From NCBI GenBank assembly GCA_027923505.1, contig BROI01000020.1:1-64000 (forward strand): a DNA stretch of 64,000 nt, read 5' to 3'. A program made the translations under genes and the position numbers. Source of the DNA: Mayamaea pseudoterrestris. Its lineage: Eukaryota. Below the pieces are notes generated by a model. It saw nothing but the letters and a program-made list of their open reading frames with translations, did not search any database and was not told the origin of the DNA. The stretch's first letter is position 1, and the number at the start of each line of letters is the position of its first letter. Of this stretch, positions 12,001-27,000 are shown in pieces.

Positions 12001-15000
12001 CTTTTTGCACCATTTGAGACTCTGCACCTGTCAATGGCATACCCTGGACATGTTTGGCCTGACTCATTGGGTATTTGGGTGGCCAGGGCATGGGGCGTTT
12101 GACAGGTCAGAATCGACAACTTGTGGTGTTGGCCATACCCACCGTGGAGGCCGTACCCATGGTGTCAGCCTCCAGGCAGTCCTTTTTGCACCATTTGAGA
12201 CTCTGCACCTGTCAATGGCATACCCTGGACATGTTTGGCCTGACTCATTGGGTATTTGGGTGGCCAGGGCATGGGGCGTTTGACAGGTCAGAATCGACAA
12301 CTTGTGGTGTTGGCCATACCCACCGTGGAGGCCGTACCCATGGTGTCAGCCTCCAGGCAGTCCTTTTTGCACCATTTGAGACTCTGCACCTGTCAATGGC
12401 ATACCCTGGACATGTTTGGCCTGACTCATTGGGTATTTGGGTGGCCAGGGCATGGGGCGTTTGACAGGTCAGAATCGACAACTTGTGGTGTTGGCCATAC
12501 CCACCGTGGAGGCCATACCCATGGTGTCAGCCTCCAGGCAGTCCTTTTTGCACCATTTGAGACTCTGCACCTGTCAATGGCATACCCTGGACATGTTTGG
12601 CCTGACTCATTGGGTATTTGGGTGGCCAGGGCATGGGGCGTTTGACAGGTCAGAATCGACAACTTGTGGTGTTGGCCATACCCACCGTGGAGGCCGTACC
12701 CATGGTGTCAGCCTCCAGGCAGTCCTTTTTGCACCATTTGAGACTCTGCACCTGTCAATGGCATACCCTGGACATGTTTGGCCTGACTCATTGGGTATTT
12801 GGGTGGCCAGGGCATGGGGCGTTTGACAGGTCAGAATCGACAACTTGTGGTGTTGGCCATACCCACCGTGGAGGCCGTACCCATGGTGTCAGCCTCCAGG
12901 CAGTCCTTTTTGCACCATTTGAGACTCTGCACCTGTCAATGGCATACCCTGGACATGTTTGGCCTGACTCATTGGGTATTTGGGTGGCCAGGGCATGGGG
13001 CGTTTGACAGGTCAGAATCGACAACTTGTGGTGTTGGCCATACCCACCGTGGAGGCCGTACCCATGGTGTCAGCCTCCAGGCAGTCCTTTTTGCACCATT
13101 TGAGACTCTGCACCTGTCAATGGCATACCCTGGACATGTTTGGCCTGACTCATTGGGTATTTGGGTGGCCAGGGCATGGGGCGTTTGACAGGTCAGAATC
13201 GACAACTTGTGGTGTTGGCCATACCCACCGTGGAGGCCGTACCCATGGTGTCAGCCTCCAGGCAGTCCTTTTTGCACCATTTGAGACTCTGCACCTGTCA
13301 ATGGCATACCCTGGACATGTTTGGCCTGACTCATTGGGTATTTGGGTGGCCAGGGCATGGGGCGTTTGACAGGTCAGAATCGACAACTTGTGGTGTTGGC
13401 CATACCCACCGTGGAGGCCGTACCCATGGTGTCAGCCTCCAGGCAGTCCTTTTTGCACCATTTGAGACTCTGCACCTGTCAATGGCATACCCTGGACATG
13501 TTTGGCCTGACTCATTGGGTATTTGGGTGGCCAGGGCATGGGGCGTTTGACAGGTCAGAATCGACAACTTGTGGTGTTGGCCATACCCACCGTGGAGGCC
13601 GTACCCATGGTGTCAGCCTCCAGGCAGTCCTTTTTGCACCATTTGAGACTCTGCACCTGTCAATGGCATACCCTGGACATGTTTGGCCTGACTCATTGGG
13701 TATTTGGGTGGCCAGGGCATGGGGCGTTTGACAGGTCAGAATCGACAACTTGTGGTGTTGGCCATACCCACCGTGGAGGCCGTACCCATGGTGTCAGCCT
13801 CCAGGCAGTCCTTTTTGCACCATTTGAGACTCTGCACCTGTCAATGGCATACCCTGGACATGTTTGGCCTGACTCATTGGGTATTTGGGTGGCCAGGGCA
13901 TGGGGCGTTTGACAGGTCAGAATCGACAACTTGTGGTGTTGGCCATACCCACCGTGGAGGCCGTACCCATGGTGTCAGCCTCCAGGCAGTCCTTTTTGCA
14001 CCATTTGAGACTCTGCACCTGTCAATGGCATACCCTGGACATGTTTGGCCTGACTCATTGGGTATTTGGGTGGCCAGGGCATGGGGCGTTTGACAGGTCA
14101 GAATCGACAACTTGTGGTGTTGGCCATACCCACCGTGGAGGCCGTACCCATGGTGTCAGCCTCCAGGCAGTCCTTTTTGCACCATTTGAGACTCTGCACC
14201 TGTCAATGGCATACCCTGGACATGTTTGGCCTGACTCATTGGGTATTTGGGTGGCCAGGGCATGGGGCGTTTGACAGGTCAGAATCGACAACTTGTGGTG
14301 TTGGCCATACCCACCGTGGAGGCCGTACCCATGGTGTCAGCCTCCAGGCAGTCCTTTTTGCACCATTTGAGACTCTGCACCTGTCAATGGCATACCCTTG
14401 ACATGTTTGGCCTGACTGGTGGCCAGGGCATGGGGCGTTTGACAGGTCAGAATCGACAACTTGTGGTGTTGGCCATACCCACCGTGGAGGCCGTACCCAT
14501 GGTGTCAGCCTCCAGGCAGTCCTTTTTGCACCATTTGAGACTATGCACCTGTCAATGGCATACCCTGGACATGTTTGGCCTGACTCATTGGGTATTTGGG
14601 TGGCCAGGGCATGGGGCGTTTGACAGGTCAGAATCGACAACTTGTGGTGTTGGCCATACCCACCGTGGAGGCCGTACCCATGGTGTCAGCCTCCAGGCAG
14701 TCCTTTTTGCACCATTTGAGACTCTGCACCTGTCAATGGCATACCCTGGACATGTTTGGCCTGACTCATTGGGTATTTGGGTGGCCAGGGCATGGGGCGT
14801 TTGACAGGTCAGAATCGACAACTTGTGGTGTTGGCCATACCCACCGTGGAGGCCGTACCCATGGTGTCAGCCTCCAGGCAGTCCTTTTTGCACCATTTGA
14901 GACTCTGCACCTGTCAATGGCATACCCTGGACATGTTTGGCCTGACTCATTGGGTATTTGGGTGGCCAGGGCATGGGGCGTTTGACAGGTCAGAATCGAC

Positions 15001-18000
15001 AACTTGTGGTGTTGGCCATACCCACCGTGGAGGCCGTACCCATGGTGTCAGCCTCCAGGCAGTCCTTTTTGCACCATTTGAGACTCTGCACCTGTCAATG
15101 GCATACCCTGGACATGTTTGGCCTGACTCATTGGGTATTTGGGTGGCCAGGGCATGGGGCGTTTGACAGGTCAGAATCGACAACTTGTGGTGTTGGCCAT
15201 ACCCACCGTGGAGGCCGTACCCATGGTGTCAGCCTCCAGGCAGTCCTTTTTGCACCATTTGAGACTCTGCACCTGTCAATGGCATACCCTGGACATGTTT
15301 GGCCTGACTCATTGGGTATTTGGGTGGCCAGGGCATGGGGCGTTTGACAGGTCAGAATCGACAACTTGTGGTGTTGGCCATACCCACCGTGGAGGCCGTA
15401 CCCATGGTGTCAGCCTCCAGGCAGTCCTTTTTGCACCATTTGAGACTCTGCACCTGTCAATGGCATACCCTGGACATGTTTGGCCTGACTCATTGGGTAT
15501 TTGGGTGGCCAGGGCATGGGGCGTTTGACAGGTCAGAATCGACAACTTGTGGTGTTGGCCATACCCACCGTGGAGGCCGTACCCATGGTGTCAGCCTCCA
15601 GGCAGTCCTTTTTGCACCATTTGAGACTCTGCACCTGTCAATGGCATACCCTGGACATGTTTGGCCTGACTCATTGGGTATTTGGGTGGCCAGGGCATGG
15701 GGCGTTTGACAGGTCAGAATCGACAACTTGTGGTGTTGGCCATACCCACCGTGGAGGCCGTACCCATGGTGTCAGCCTCCAGGCAGTCCTTTTTGCACCA
15801 TTTGAGACTCTGCACCTGTCAATGGCATACCCTGGACATGTTTGGCCTGACTCATTGGGTATTTGGGTGGCCAGGGCATGGGGCGTTTGACAGGTCAGAA
15901 TCGACAACTTGTGGTGTTGGCCATACCCACCGTGGAGGCCGTACCCATGGTGTCAGCCTCCAGGCAGTCCTTTTTGCACCATTTGAGACTCTGCACCTGT
16001 CAATGGCATACCCTGGACATGTTTGGCCTGACTCATTGGGTATTTGGGTGGCCAGGGCATGGGGCGTTTGACAGGTCAGAATCGACAACTTGTGGTGTTG
16101 GCCATACCCACCGTGGAGGCCGTACCCATGGTGTCAGCCTCCAGGCAGTCCTTTTTGCACCATTTGAGACTCTGCACCTGTCAATGGCATACCCTGGACA
16201 TGTTTGGCCTGACTCATTGGGTATTTGGGTGGCCAGGGCATGGGGCGTTTGACAGGTCAGAATCGACAACTTGTGGTGTTGGCCATACCCACCGTGGAGG
16301 CCGTACCCATGGTGTCAGCCTCCAGGCAGTCCTTTTGCACCATTTGAGACTCTGCACCTGTCAATGGCATACCCTGGACATGTTTGGCCTGACTCATTGG
16401 GTATTTGGGTGGCCAGGGCATGGGGCGTTTGACAGGTCAGAATCGACAACTTGTGGTGTTGGCCATACCCACCGTGGAGGCCGTACCCATGGTGTCAGCC
16501 TCCAGGCAGTCCTTTTTGCACCATTTGAGACTCTGCACCTGTCAATGGCATACCCTGGACATGTTTGGCCTGACTCATTGGGTATTTGGGTGGCCAGGGC
16601 ATGGGGCGTTTGACAGGTCAGAATCGACAACTTGTGGTGTTGGCCATACCCACCGTGGAGGCCGTACCCATGGTGTCAGCCTCCAGGCAGTCCTTTTGCA
16701 CCATTTGAGACTCTGCACCTGTCAATGGCATACCCTGGACATGTTTGGCCTGACTCATTGGGTATTTGGGTGGCCAGGGCATGGGGCGTTTGACAGGTCA
16801 GAATCGACAACTTGTGGTGTTGGCCATACCCACCGTGGAGGCCGTACCCATGGTGTCAGCCTCCAGGCAGTCCTTTTTGCACCATTTGAGACTCTGCACC
16901 TGTCAATGGCATACCCTGGACATGTTTGGCCTGACTCATTGGGTATTTGGGTGGCCAGGGCATGGGGGCGTTTGACAGGTCAGAATCGACAACTTGTGGT
17001 GTTGGCCATACCCACCGTGGAGGCCGTACCCATGGTGTCAGCCTCCAGGCAGTCCTTTTTGCACCATTTGAGACTCTGCACCTGTCAATGGCATACCCTG
17101 GACATGTTTGGCCTGACTCATTGGGTATTTGGGTGGCCAGGGCATGGGGCGTTTGACAGGTCAGAATCGACAACTTGTGGTGTTGGCCATACCCACCGTG
17201 GAGGCCGTACCCATGGTGTCAGCCTCCAGGCAGTCCTTTTGCACCATTTGAACTCTGCACCTGTCATGGCATACCCTGGACATTTTGCCTACTCATGGTT
17301 TTGGGTGGCCATGGCATGGGGCGTTTGACAAGTCAGAATCGACAACTTGTGGTGTTGGCCATACCCACCTGGAGGTACCTGTTCAGCCTCCAGGCAGTCC
17401 TTTTTCACCATTTGAGACTCTACACCTGTCAATGGCATGTCAGCCTCCAGGCAGTCCTTTTGCACCATGAGACTCTGCACCTGTTCGCTACCCTGAGACA
17501 TGTTGGCCTGACTCATTGGGTATTTGGTGGCCAGAGGCATGAGGCGTTGACAGGTCAGAATGTCGACAACTTTGTGGTGTTGGCCCATACCCACCGTGGT
17601 GTTCCCATGGTGTCAGCCTCCAGCATCCTTTTACCATTTGAGACTCTGCCTGTCAATGGCATACCCTGGACATGTTTGGCCTGACTCATTGGTATTTGGT
17701 GGCCGGTACTTGACCTTTGTTTGTGCCCATACCCACGTGGGGCTACCGTTCTCGAACTTGATCCTTTTCACCAATGAGACTCTACTTGTACCCTGAATGT
17801 TTTTCTCACTTGGATATGTGGCCATTTGCGACATCAAATGACATTGTACTACACCCACCGTGGAGCCTACCCATTCGCCTCCGAACTCCTTTTCACCTTT
17901 TCAGGACTGCATGCACCTGTCAATGACCCTGGACATGTTTAGCCTGACTCTTATTTGGTGTGCCACATTCAGAATCGACAACTTGTGGTGTTGGCCATAC

Positions 18001-21000
18001 ACCCGTGGAGCGCTACCTTCTTAGTCCACATCCTTTTTTACACCATTGAGACTCTACACCTGTCAATAGCATACCTGTTTGACTGACTCATTGTTTTGTT
18101 GGGGATCTTTGACATCAACAGCAACTTGTGGTGTTGTAGCCATGACTACGTTGTCACCTCAGCAATCTTTGCACCATGAGACTCTCACCCCCTGGACACT
18201 GAAACTCCGATTATTTGGGTCCCGGTGTCAGTTGACGAAACAGTACTTGTGGTGTTGGCCAGCGTGTGCAAGGTGTTTTAATCACGCACCATTGGAGCTC
18301 TCTCTGAACCTCTCTAATCAAGCACCTAGACATGTTGCTGACCTCTCTTCAGTTGGGTACCCAGGCATGGGGTTTGACAGTCATCTGAAACTTGGTGTTG
18401 GCGCACCCCACCGTGGAGACCGTACATGGTATTCTGCCTCTAGCTGTCCTTTTTTCACCATTTGAGACTATACCTGTCGTGGCATACCCTGGACATGTTT
18501 GGCCTGACTCATTGGGTATCGGGATGGCCTGGGCATAAGCGTTTGAAATAGAATCGACAACTTGTGGTGTTGGCCATACCCTCGTGGGGCCGTACCCATG
18601 GTGTCAACCTCCAGACAGTCCTTTTTGCACATTTGAGACTCTGCCTGTCATTGGCATACCCTGACATGTTTTGCTGATCTCATTGGGTAACTGGGTGGCG
18701 AGAACTCAGAATCGACCAACTTGTGGTGTTGGCCCATACCACGTTAAGCCGTACCATGGTGTCAGCCTCCGTCCTTTTTGCCTGCGAGACTATCCTACTT
18801 GGCATACCCTGAACATTTTGGCCTGTCTCATTGGGTATTTGGGTGGCCAGGCATGGCGTTTGACAGGTCAGAATCGACCTTTGTGCCATACCCGGGACCC
18901 AGTTCCCTCAGAACGTCCCTTTTTTTTTGAGACTCTACTGTCAATGGCATCACCCTGAATTTTGGCCTGACTGTAATGTGCCAGACGTAGAATTCGACTT
19001 GTGGTGTTGGCCCTACCCACGTGGTACTTCACTTCACCATGGACTCACCTGTGTTGGCATACCCTGGACATATTTGGCCTGTCATTGGGTATTTGGGTGC
19101 CAGCATCGTTGTTGTAGAATCGACAACTTGTGGTGTTGACCATACCCACGTGGATTCCAGGTGTCAGCCTCCGGCGTCCTTTTGCACCATTTGAGACTCT
19201 GCACCTGTCGTGCATACCCTGGAATTTTGGCCTGACTTCGGGTATTTGGGTGGCCAGGCCATGGGCGTTTGACGTCAGAATCGACAACTTGGTGGTGTTG
19301 GCCCTACCCACCGTGGAGGCCGTACACCAGTGTCACCTCAAACAGTCCTTTTTGCACCATTTGAGACTATGCCTGTCAATGCATACCCTGACATGTTTGG
19401 CCTGACTCATTTATTTGGTGGCCAGCATGGGCTTTGACATCGAGCTTGTGGTGTTGGCCATACCCACCGTGGAGGCCGCCAGTCAGCCTCAGAGCAGTCC
19501 TTTTTTGCACCATTTGAACTCTGCGACCTGTCAATGCATACCCTGGACATGTTTGGCTGACTCATCGTATTTGGGTGGCCAGGCATGGGGCGTTTGACGG
19601 GTCAGAATCGACAACTTGTGTTTGGCCAACCCGGAGTACCCCCGCGTCCTTTTCCTGGACCGCTGCCTTTTTTTGGTGGCCCATGTTTGACAAAATCGAC
19701 AACTTGTGTGTTCGCGCACCACCAGAGTACCCTGTGTCAGCCTCCAGGCGTCCTTTTGCACCATTTGAGACTCTGCACCTGTCAATGGCAACCCTGGACA
19801 TGTTTGGCTACTCTTGGTTTTGGGTGGCCGGGCTGCTTTGACGGTCATCGACAACTTGTGGTGTTGGCCTACCCTCCGTGGAGCTACCTGGTTCAACCTC
19901 CATCCTTTTTGCACCATTTGAACTATCACCTGTCAGTCCCTGGACATGTTTGGCCTGACTCTTCCTGGGTATTTGGGTGGCCAGGGCATGGGTTTGACAT
20001 CAGAATCGACAACGTTTGGCCATACCCACCGTGGAGGCGTACATGGTGTCACCTCAGGATCCTTTTTGCACCATTTGAGACTCTGCACCTGTCAATGGCA
20101 TGCCCTGGACATTTTGCCTGACTCATTGGGTATTTGGGTGCCCCATTTGACAGTCAATGACAACTTGTGGTGTTGGCCATACCCGTGGAGCTCTACCTCA
20201 GGCAGTCCTTTTTGCACCATTTGAGACTCTGCACCTGTCAATGGCATACCCTGGACATGTTTGGCCTGACTCATTGGGTATTTTGGTGGCCAGGGCATGG
20301 GGCGTTTGACAGGTCAGAATCGACAACTTGTGGTGTTGCCATACACCGTGGAGGCCGTGCCATGTCAGCCTCGCAGTCCTTTTGCACCATTTGAGACTCT
20401 GCACCTTCAATGGCATACCCTGGACATTTTGGCCTGACTTTGGGTATTTGGGTGGCCAGGGCATGGGGCGTTTGACAGGTCAGAATCGACAACTTGTGGT
20501 GTTGGCCATACCCACCTGGTCCCTGTCAGCCTCCAGGCAGTCCTTTTTGCACCATTTGAAACTCTGCACCTGTCAATGGCATACCCTGGACATGTTTGCC
20601 TGACTCATTGGGTGGTGGCCGGCATTTTGACATAGAATCGACAACTTGTGGTGTTCCACCCCCCGTGGAGCCATACCCATTGTGCTCCTCCTTTTTGCAC
20701 CATGACTCTGCACCTGTAATCGGCAACCCTGGACATGTTTTGCCTGACTCTTCGTATTTGGGTGGCCAGGGCAGGGCGTTTGACAGTCAAATCGACAACT
20801 TGTGGTGTTGGCCAACCGTGGAGGCCGTACCATGTGTAGCCAGCCTCCAGGCAGTCCTTTTGCACCATTTGAGACTCTGCACCTGTCAATGGCATCCCTG
20901 GACATTTTGGCCTGACTCTGGGTATTTGGGTGGCCAGGGCATGGGGCGTTTGACAGGTCAGAATCGACAACTTGTGGTGTTGGCCGTACCCACCGTGGAC

Positions 21001-24000
21001 CGTGCCCATGGTGTCAGCTCAGGCAGTCTTTTGCACCATTTGAGACTCTGCACCTGTCAATGGCATACCCTGGACATGTTTGGCCTGACTCATTGGGTAT
21101 TTGGGTGGCCAGGGCATGGGGCGTTTGACAAGTCAGAATCGACAACTTGTGGTGTTGGCCATACCCACCGTGGAGGCCGTACCCATGGTGTCAGCCTCCA
21201 GGCAGTCCTTTTGCACATTGAGACTTGCACCTGTCAATGGCATACCCTGGACATGTTTGCCTGACTCTTGGGTATTTGGGTGGCGGGCATGGGGCGTTTG
21301 ACAGTCAGAATCGACAACTTGTGGTGTTGGCCATACCCCGTGAGGCCGTACCTGGTGTCAGCCTCGGCAGTCCTTTTTGCACCATTTGAGACTCTGCACC
21401 TGTCAATGGCATACCCTGGACATGTTTGGCCTGACTCATTGGGTTTTTGGTGGCCAGCATGGGGCTTTGACAGTCAGAATCGGCAACTTGTGGTGTTGGC
21501 CATACCCACCGTGGAGCCTCCCGTGGTGTCAGCCTCCAGGCAGTCCTTTTGCACCATTTGAACTCTGCACCTGTCAATGCATACCCTGGACATGTTTGGC
21601 CTGACTCATCGGGTATTTGGGTGGCCAGGCAGGGGCGTTTGACAGGAGAATCGCAACTTGTGGTGTTGGCCATACCCACGTGGGCCGTACCCTGTCAGCC
21701 TCAGGCAGTCCTTTTGCACCATTTGAGACTCTGCACCTGTCAATGGCATACCCTGGACATGTTTGGCCTGACTCATTGGGTATTTGGGTGGCCAGGGCAT
21801 GGGGCGTTTGACAAGTCAGAATCGACAACTTGTGGTGTTGGCCATACCCACCGTGGAGGCGTACCCATGGTGTCAGCCTCCAGGCAGTCCTTTTTGCACC
21901 ATTTGAGACTCTGCACCTGTCAATGGCATACCCTGGACATGTTTGGCCTGACTCATTGGGTATTTGGGTGGCCAGGGCATGGGGCGTTTGACAGGTCAGA
22001 ATCGACAACTTGTGGTGTTGGCCATACCACCGTGGAGGCGTACCCGGTGTCAGCCTCGCGTCCTTTTTGCACCATTTGAGACTCTGCACCTGATAATGGC
22101 ATACCCTGGACATGTTTGGCCTGACTCATTGGGTATTTGGGTGGCCAGGGCATGGGGCGTTTGACAGGTCAGAATCGACAACTTGTGGTGTTGGCCATAC
22201 CCACCGTGGAGGCCGTACCCATGGTGTCAGCCTCCAGGAAGTCCTTATTGCACCATTTGAGACTCTGCACCTGTCAATGGCATACCCTGGACATAATTGG
22301 CCTGACTCATTGGGTATTTGGGTGGCCAGGGCATGGGGTGTTTGACAGGTCAAAATCGACAACTTGTGGTGTTGGCCATACCCACCGTGGAGGCCGTACC
22401 CATGGTGTCACCTCCAGGCAGTCTTTTTGCACCATTTGAGACTCTGCACCTGTCAATGGCATACCCTGGACATGTTTGGCCTGACTCTTTGGGTATTTGG
22501 GTGGCCAGGGCATGGGGCGTTTGACAGGTCAGAATCGACAACTTGTGGTGTTGGCCATACCCACCATGGAGGCCGTACCCATGGTGTCAGCCTCCAGGCA
22601 GTCCTTTTTGCACCATTTGAGACTATGCACCTGTCAATGGCATATGACTCATTGGGTATTTGGGTGGCCGGGGCATGGGGCGTTTGACAGGTCAGAATCG
22701 ACAACTTGCGGTGTTGGCCATACCCACCGTGGAGGCCGTACCCATGGTGTCAGCCTCCAGGCAGTCCTTTTTGCACCATTTGAGCATCTGCACCTGTCAA
22801 TGGCATACCCTGGACATGTTTGGCCTGACTCATTGGGTATTTGGGTGGCCAGGGCATGGGGCGTTTGACAGGTCAGAATCGACAACTTGTGGTGTTGGCC
22901 ATACCCACCGTGGAGGCCGTACCCATGGTGTCAGCCACCATTTGAGACTCTGCACCTGTCAATGGCATACCCTGGACATGTTTGGCCTGACTCATTGGGT
23001 ATTTGGGTGGCCAGGGCATGGGGCGTTTGACAGGTCAGAATCGACAACTTGTGGTGTTGGCCATACCCACCGTGGGGCCGTACCCATGGTGTCAGCCTCC
23101 AGGCAGTCCTTTTTGCACCATTTGAGACTCTGCACCTGTCAATGGCATACCCTGGACATGTTTGGCCTGACTCATTGGGTATTTGGGTGGCCAGGGCATG
23201 GGCGTTTGACAGGTCAGAATCGACAACTTGTGGTGTTGGCCACACCCACCGTGGAGGCCGTACCCGGGTCCGCCTCGGTCTTTTTGCACCATTTGAGACT
23301 CTGCACCTGTCAATGCATCCCTGGACTTTTGGCCTGACTCATGGGTATTTGGGTGGCCAGGGCATGGGGCGTTTGACAGGTCAGAATCGACAACTTGTGG
23401 TGTTGGCCATACCCACCGTGGAGGCCGTACCCATGGTGTCAGCCTCCAGGCAGTCCTTTTTGCACCATTTGAGACTCTGCACCTGTCAATGGCATACCCT
23501 GGACATGTTTGGCCTGACTCATTGGGTATTTGGGTGGCCAGGGCATGGGGCGTTTGACAGGTCAGAATCGACAACTTGTGGTGTTGGCCATACCCACCGT
23601 GGAGGCCGTACCCATGTTGAGCCTCAGGCAGTCCTTTTGCACCATTGAGACTCTGCACCTGTAATCATCTGGACATTTGGCCTGACTCATTGGGTATTTG
23701 GTGGCCCAGGGCATGGGGCGTTTGACTTCCTTTGGGTTGGCCATACCACCCCGTGGAGCCTACCCATGGTGTCGCCTCGCAGTCCTTTTTGCACCATTTG
23801 AGACTCTGCACCTGTCAATGGCATACCCTGGACATGTTTGGCCTGACTCATTGGGTATTTGGGTGGCCAGGGCATGGGGCGTTTGACAGGTCAGAATCGA
23901 CAACTTGTGGTGTTGGCCTTACCCACCGTGGAGGTGTACCAGTGGTGTCAGCCTCCAGGCAGTCCTTTTTGCACCATTTGAGACTCTGCACCTGTCAATG

Positions 24001-27000
24001 GCATCCCCTGGACATGTTTGGCCTGACTCATTGGGTATTTGGGTGGCCAGGGCATGGGGCGTTTGACAGGTCAGAATCGACAACTTGTGGTGTTGGCCAT
24101 ACCCACCGTGGAGGCCGTACCCATGGTGTCAGCCTCCAGGCAGTCCTTTTTGCACCATTTGAGACTCTGCACCTGTCATGGCATACCCTGGACATGTTTG
24201 GCCTGACTCATTGGGTATTTGGGTGGCCAGGGCATGGGGGCGTTTGACAGGTCAGACGACAACTTGTGGTGTTGGCCATACCCACCGTGGGCCATGGTGT
24301 CAGCCTCAGCAGTCCGTTTTGCACCATTTGAGACTATGCACCTGTCAATGGCATACCCTGGACATGTTTGGCCTGACTCATTGGGTATTTGGGTGGCCAG
24401 GGCATGGGGCGTTTGACAGGTCAGAATCGACACTTGTGGTGTTGGCCATACCCACCGTGGAGGCCGTACCCAGTGTCACCTCCAGCAGTCCTTTTTGCAC
24501 CATTTGAGACTCTGCACCTGTCAATGGCATACCCTGGACATGTTTGGCCTGACTCATTGGGTATTTGGGTGGCCAGGGCATGTGGTGTTTGACAATCAGA
24601 ATCGACAACTTGTGGTGTTGGCCATACCCACCGTGGAGGCCGTACCCATGGTGTCAGCCTCCAGGCAGTCCTTTTTGCACCATTTGAGACTCTGCACCTG
24701 TCAATGGCATACCCTGGACATGTTTGGCCTGACTCATTGGGTATTTGGGTGGCCGGGGCATGGGGCGTTTGACAGGTCAGAATCGACAACTTGTGGTGTT
24801 GCCCATACCCACCGTGGAGGCCGTACCCATGTGTCAGCCTCCAGCAGTCCCTTTTGCACCATTTGAGACTGCTGCACCTTCAATCAACCCTGGAATGTTT
24901 TGCCTGACTTTGGGTATTTGGGTGGCCAGGGCATGGGCGTTTGACAGGTGAATCGACAACTTGTGGTGTTGGCCAACCCACCGTGGCGTGTACCTGGTGT
25001 CACCTGAGCAGTCCTTTTTGCACCATTTGAGACTCTGCACCTGTCAATGGCATACCCTGGACATGTTTGGCCTGACTCATTGGGTATTTGGGTGGCCAGG
25101 GCATGGGGCGTTTGACAGGTCAGAATCGACAACTTGTGGTGTTGGCCATACCCACCGTGGAGGCCGTACCCATGGTGTCAGCAGGCAGTCCTTTTTGCAC
25201 CATTTGAGACTATGCACCTGTCAATGGCATACCCTGGACATGTTTGGCCTGACTCATTGGGTATTTGGGTGGCCAGGGCATGGGGCGTTTGACAGGTCAG
25301 AATCGACAACTTGTGGTGTTGGCCATACCCACCGTGGAGGCCGTACCCATGGTGTCAGCCTCCAGGCAGTCCTTTTTGCACCATTTGAGACTATGCACCT
25401 GTCAATGGCATACCCTGGACATGTTTGGCCTGACTCATTGGGTATTTGGGTGGCCAGGGCATGGGGCGTTTGACAGGTCAGAATCGACAACTTGTGGTGT
25501 TGGCCATACCCACCGTGGAGGCCGTACCCATGGTGTCAGCCTTCCAGGCAATCCTTGTTGCACCATTTGAGACTCTGCACCTGTCAATGGCATACCCTGG
25601 ACATGTTTGGCCTGACTCATTGGGTATTTGGGTGGCCAGGGCATGGGGCGTTTGACAGGTCAGAATCGACAACTTGTGGTGTTGGCCATACCCACCGTGG
25701 AGGCCGTACCAGTGGTGTCAGCCTCCAGGCAGTCCTTTTTGCACCATTTGAGACTCTGCACCTGTCAATGGCATACCCTGGACATGTTTTGCCTGACTCA
25801 TTGGGTATTTGGGTGGCCAGGGCATGGGGCGTTTGACAGGTCAGAATCTACAACTTGTGGTGTTGGACATACCCACTGTGGAAGCCGTACCCATGGTGTC
25901 AGCCTCCAGGCAGTCTTTTTTGCACTCTGCACCTGTCAATGGCATACCCTGGACATGTTTGGCCTGACTTATTGGGTATTTGGGTGACCAGGGCATGGGG
26001 CATTTGACAGGTCAGAATCGACAACTTGTGGTGTTGGCCATACCCACCGTGGAGGCCGTACCCATGGTGTCAGCCTCCAGGCAGTCCTTTTTGCACCATT
26101 TGAGACTCTGCACCTGTCAATGGCATACCCTGGACATGTTTGGCCTGACTCATTGGGTATTTGGGTGGCCAGGGCATGGGGCATTTGACAGGTCAGAATC
26201 GACAACTTGTGGTGTTGGCCATACCCACCGTGGAGGCCGTACCCATGGTGTCAGCCTCCAGGCAGTCCTTTTTGCACCATTTGAGACTCTGCACCTGTCA
26301 ATGGCATACCCTGGACATGTTTTGCCTGACTCATTGGGTATTTGGGTGGCCAGGGCATGGGGCGTTTGACAGATCAGAATCGACAACTTGTGGTGTTGGC
26401 CATACCCACCGTGGAGGCTGTACCCATGGTGTGTCAGCCTCCAGGCAGTCCTTTTGCACCATTTGAGACTCTGCACTTGTCAATGGCATACCCTGGACAT
26501 GTTTGGCCTGACTCATTGGGTATTTGGGTGGCCAGGGCATGGGGCGTTTGACAGGTCAGAATCGACTACTTGTGGTGTTGGCCATACCCACCGTGGAGGC
26601 CGTACCCATGGTGTCAGCCTCCAGGCAGTCATTTTTGCACCATTTGAGACTCTGCACCTGTCAATGGCATACCCTGGACATGTTTGGCTTGACTCATTGG
26701 GTATTTGGGTGGCCAGGGCATGGGGCGTTGACAGGGCAGAATCAGCAACTTGTGGTGTTGGCCATACCGGGGAGGCCGTGCCACCCATGGTGTCAGCCTC
26801 CAGAAGTCCTTTTTTCAATTTAGAGACTCTGCACCTGTCAATGGCATACCCTGGACATCTTAGTGACTCATTGGGTATTTGAGTGGCCAGGGCATGGGGC
26901 GTTTGACAGGGAAGAATCGACAACGTGTGGTGTTGGCCATACCCACCGCGGAGGGTACCCCCTTGGTGTCAGCCTCCGGCAATCCTTGTTGCACCATTTG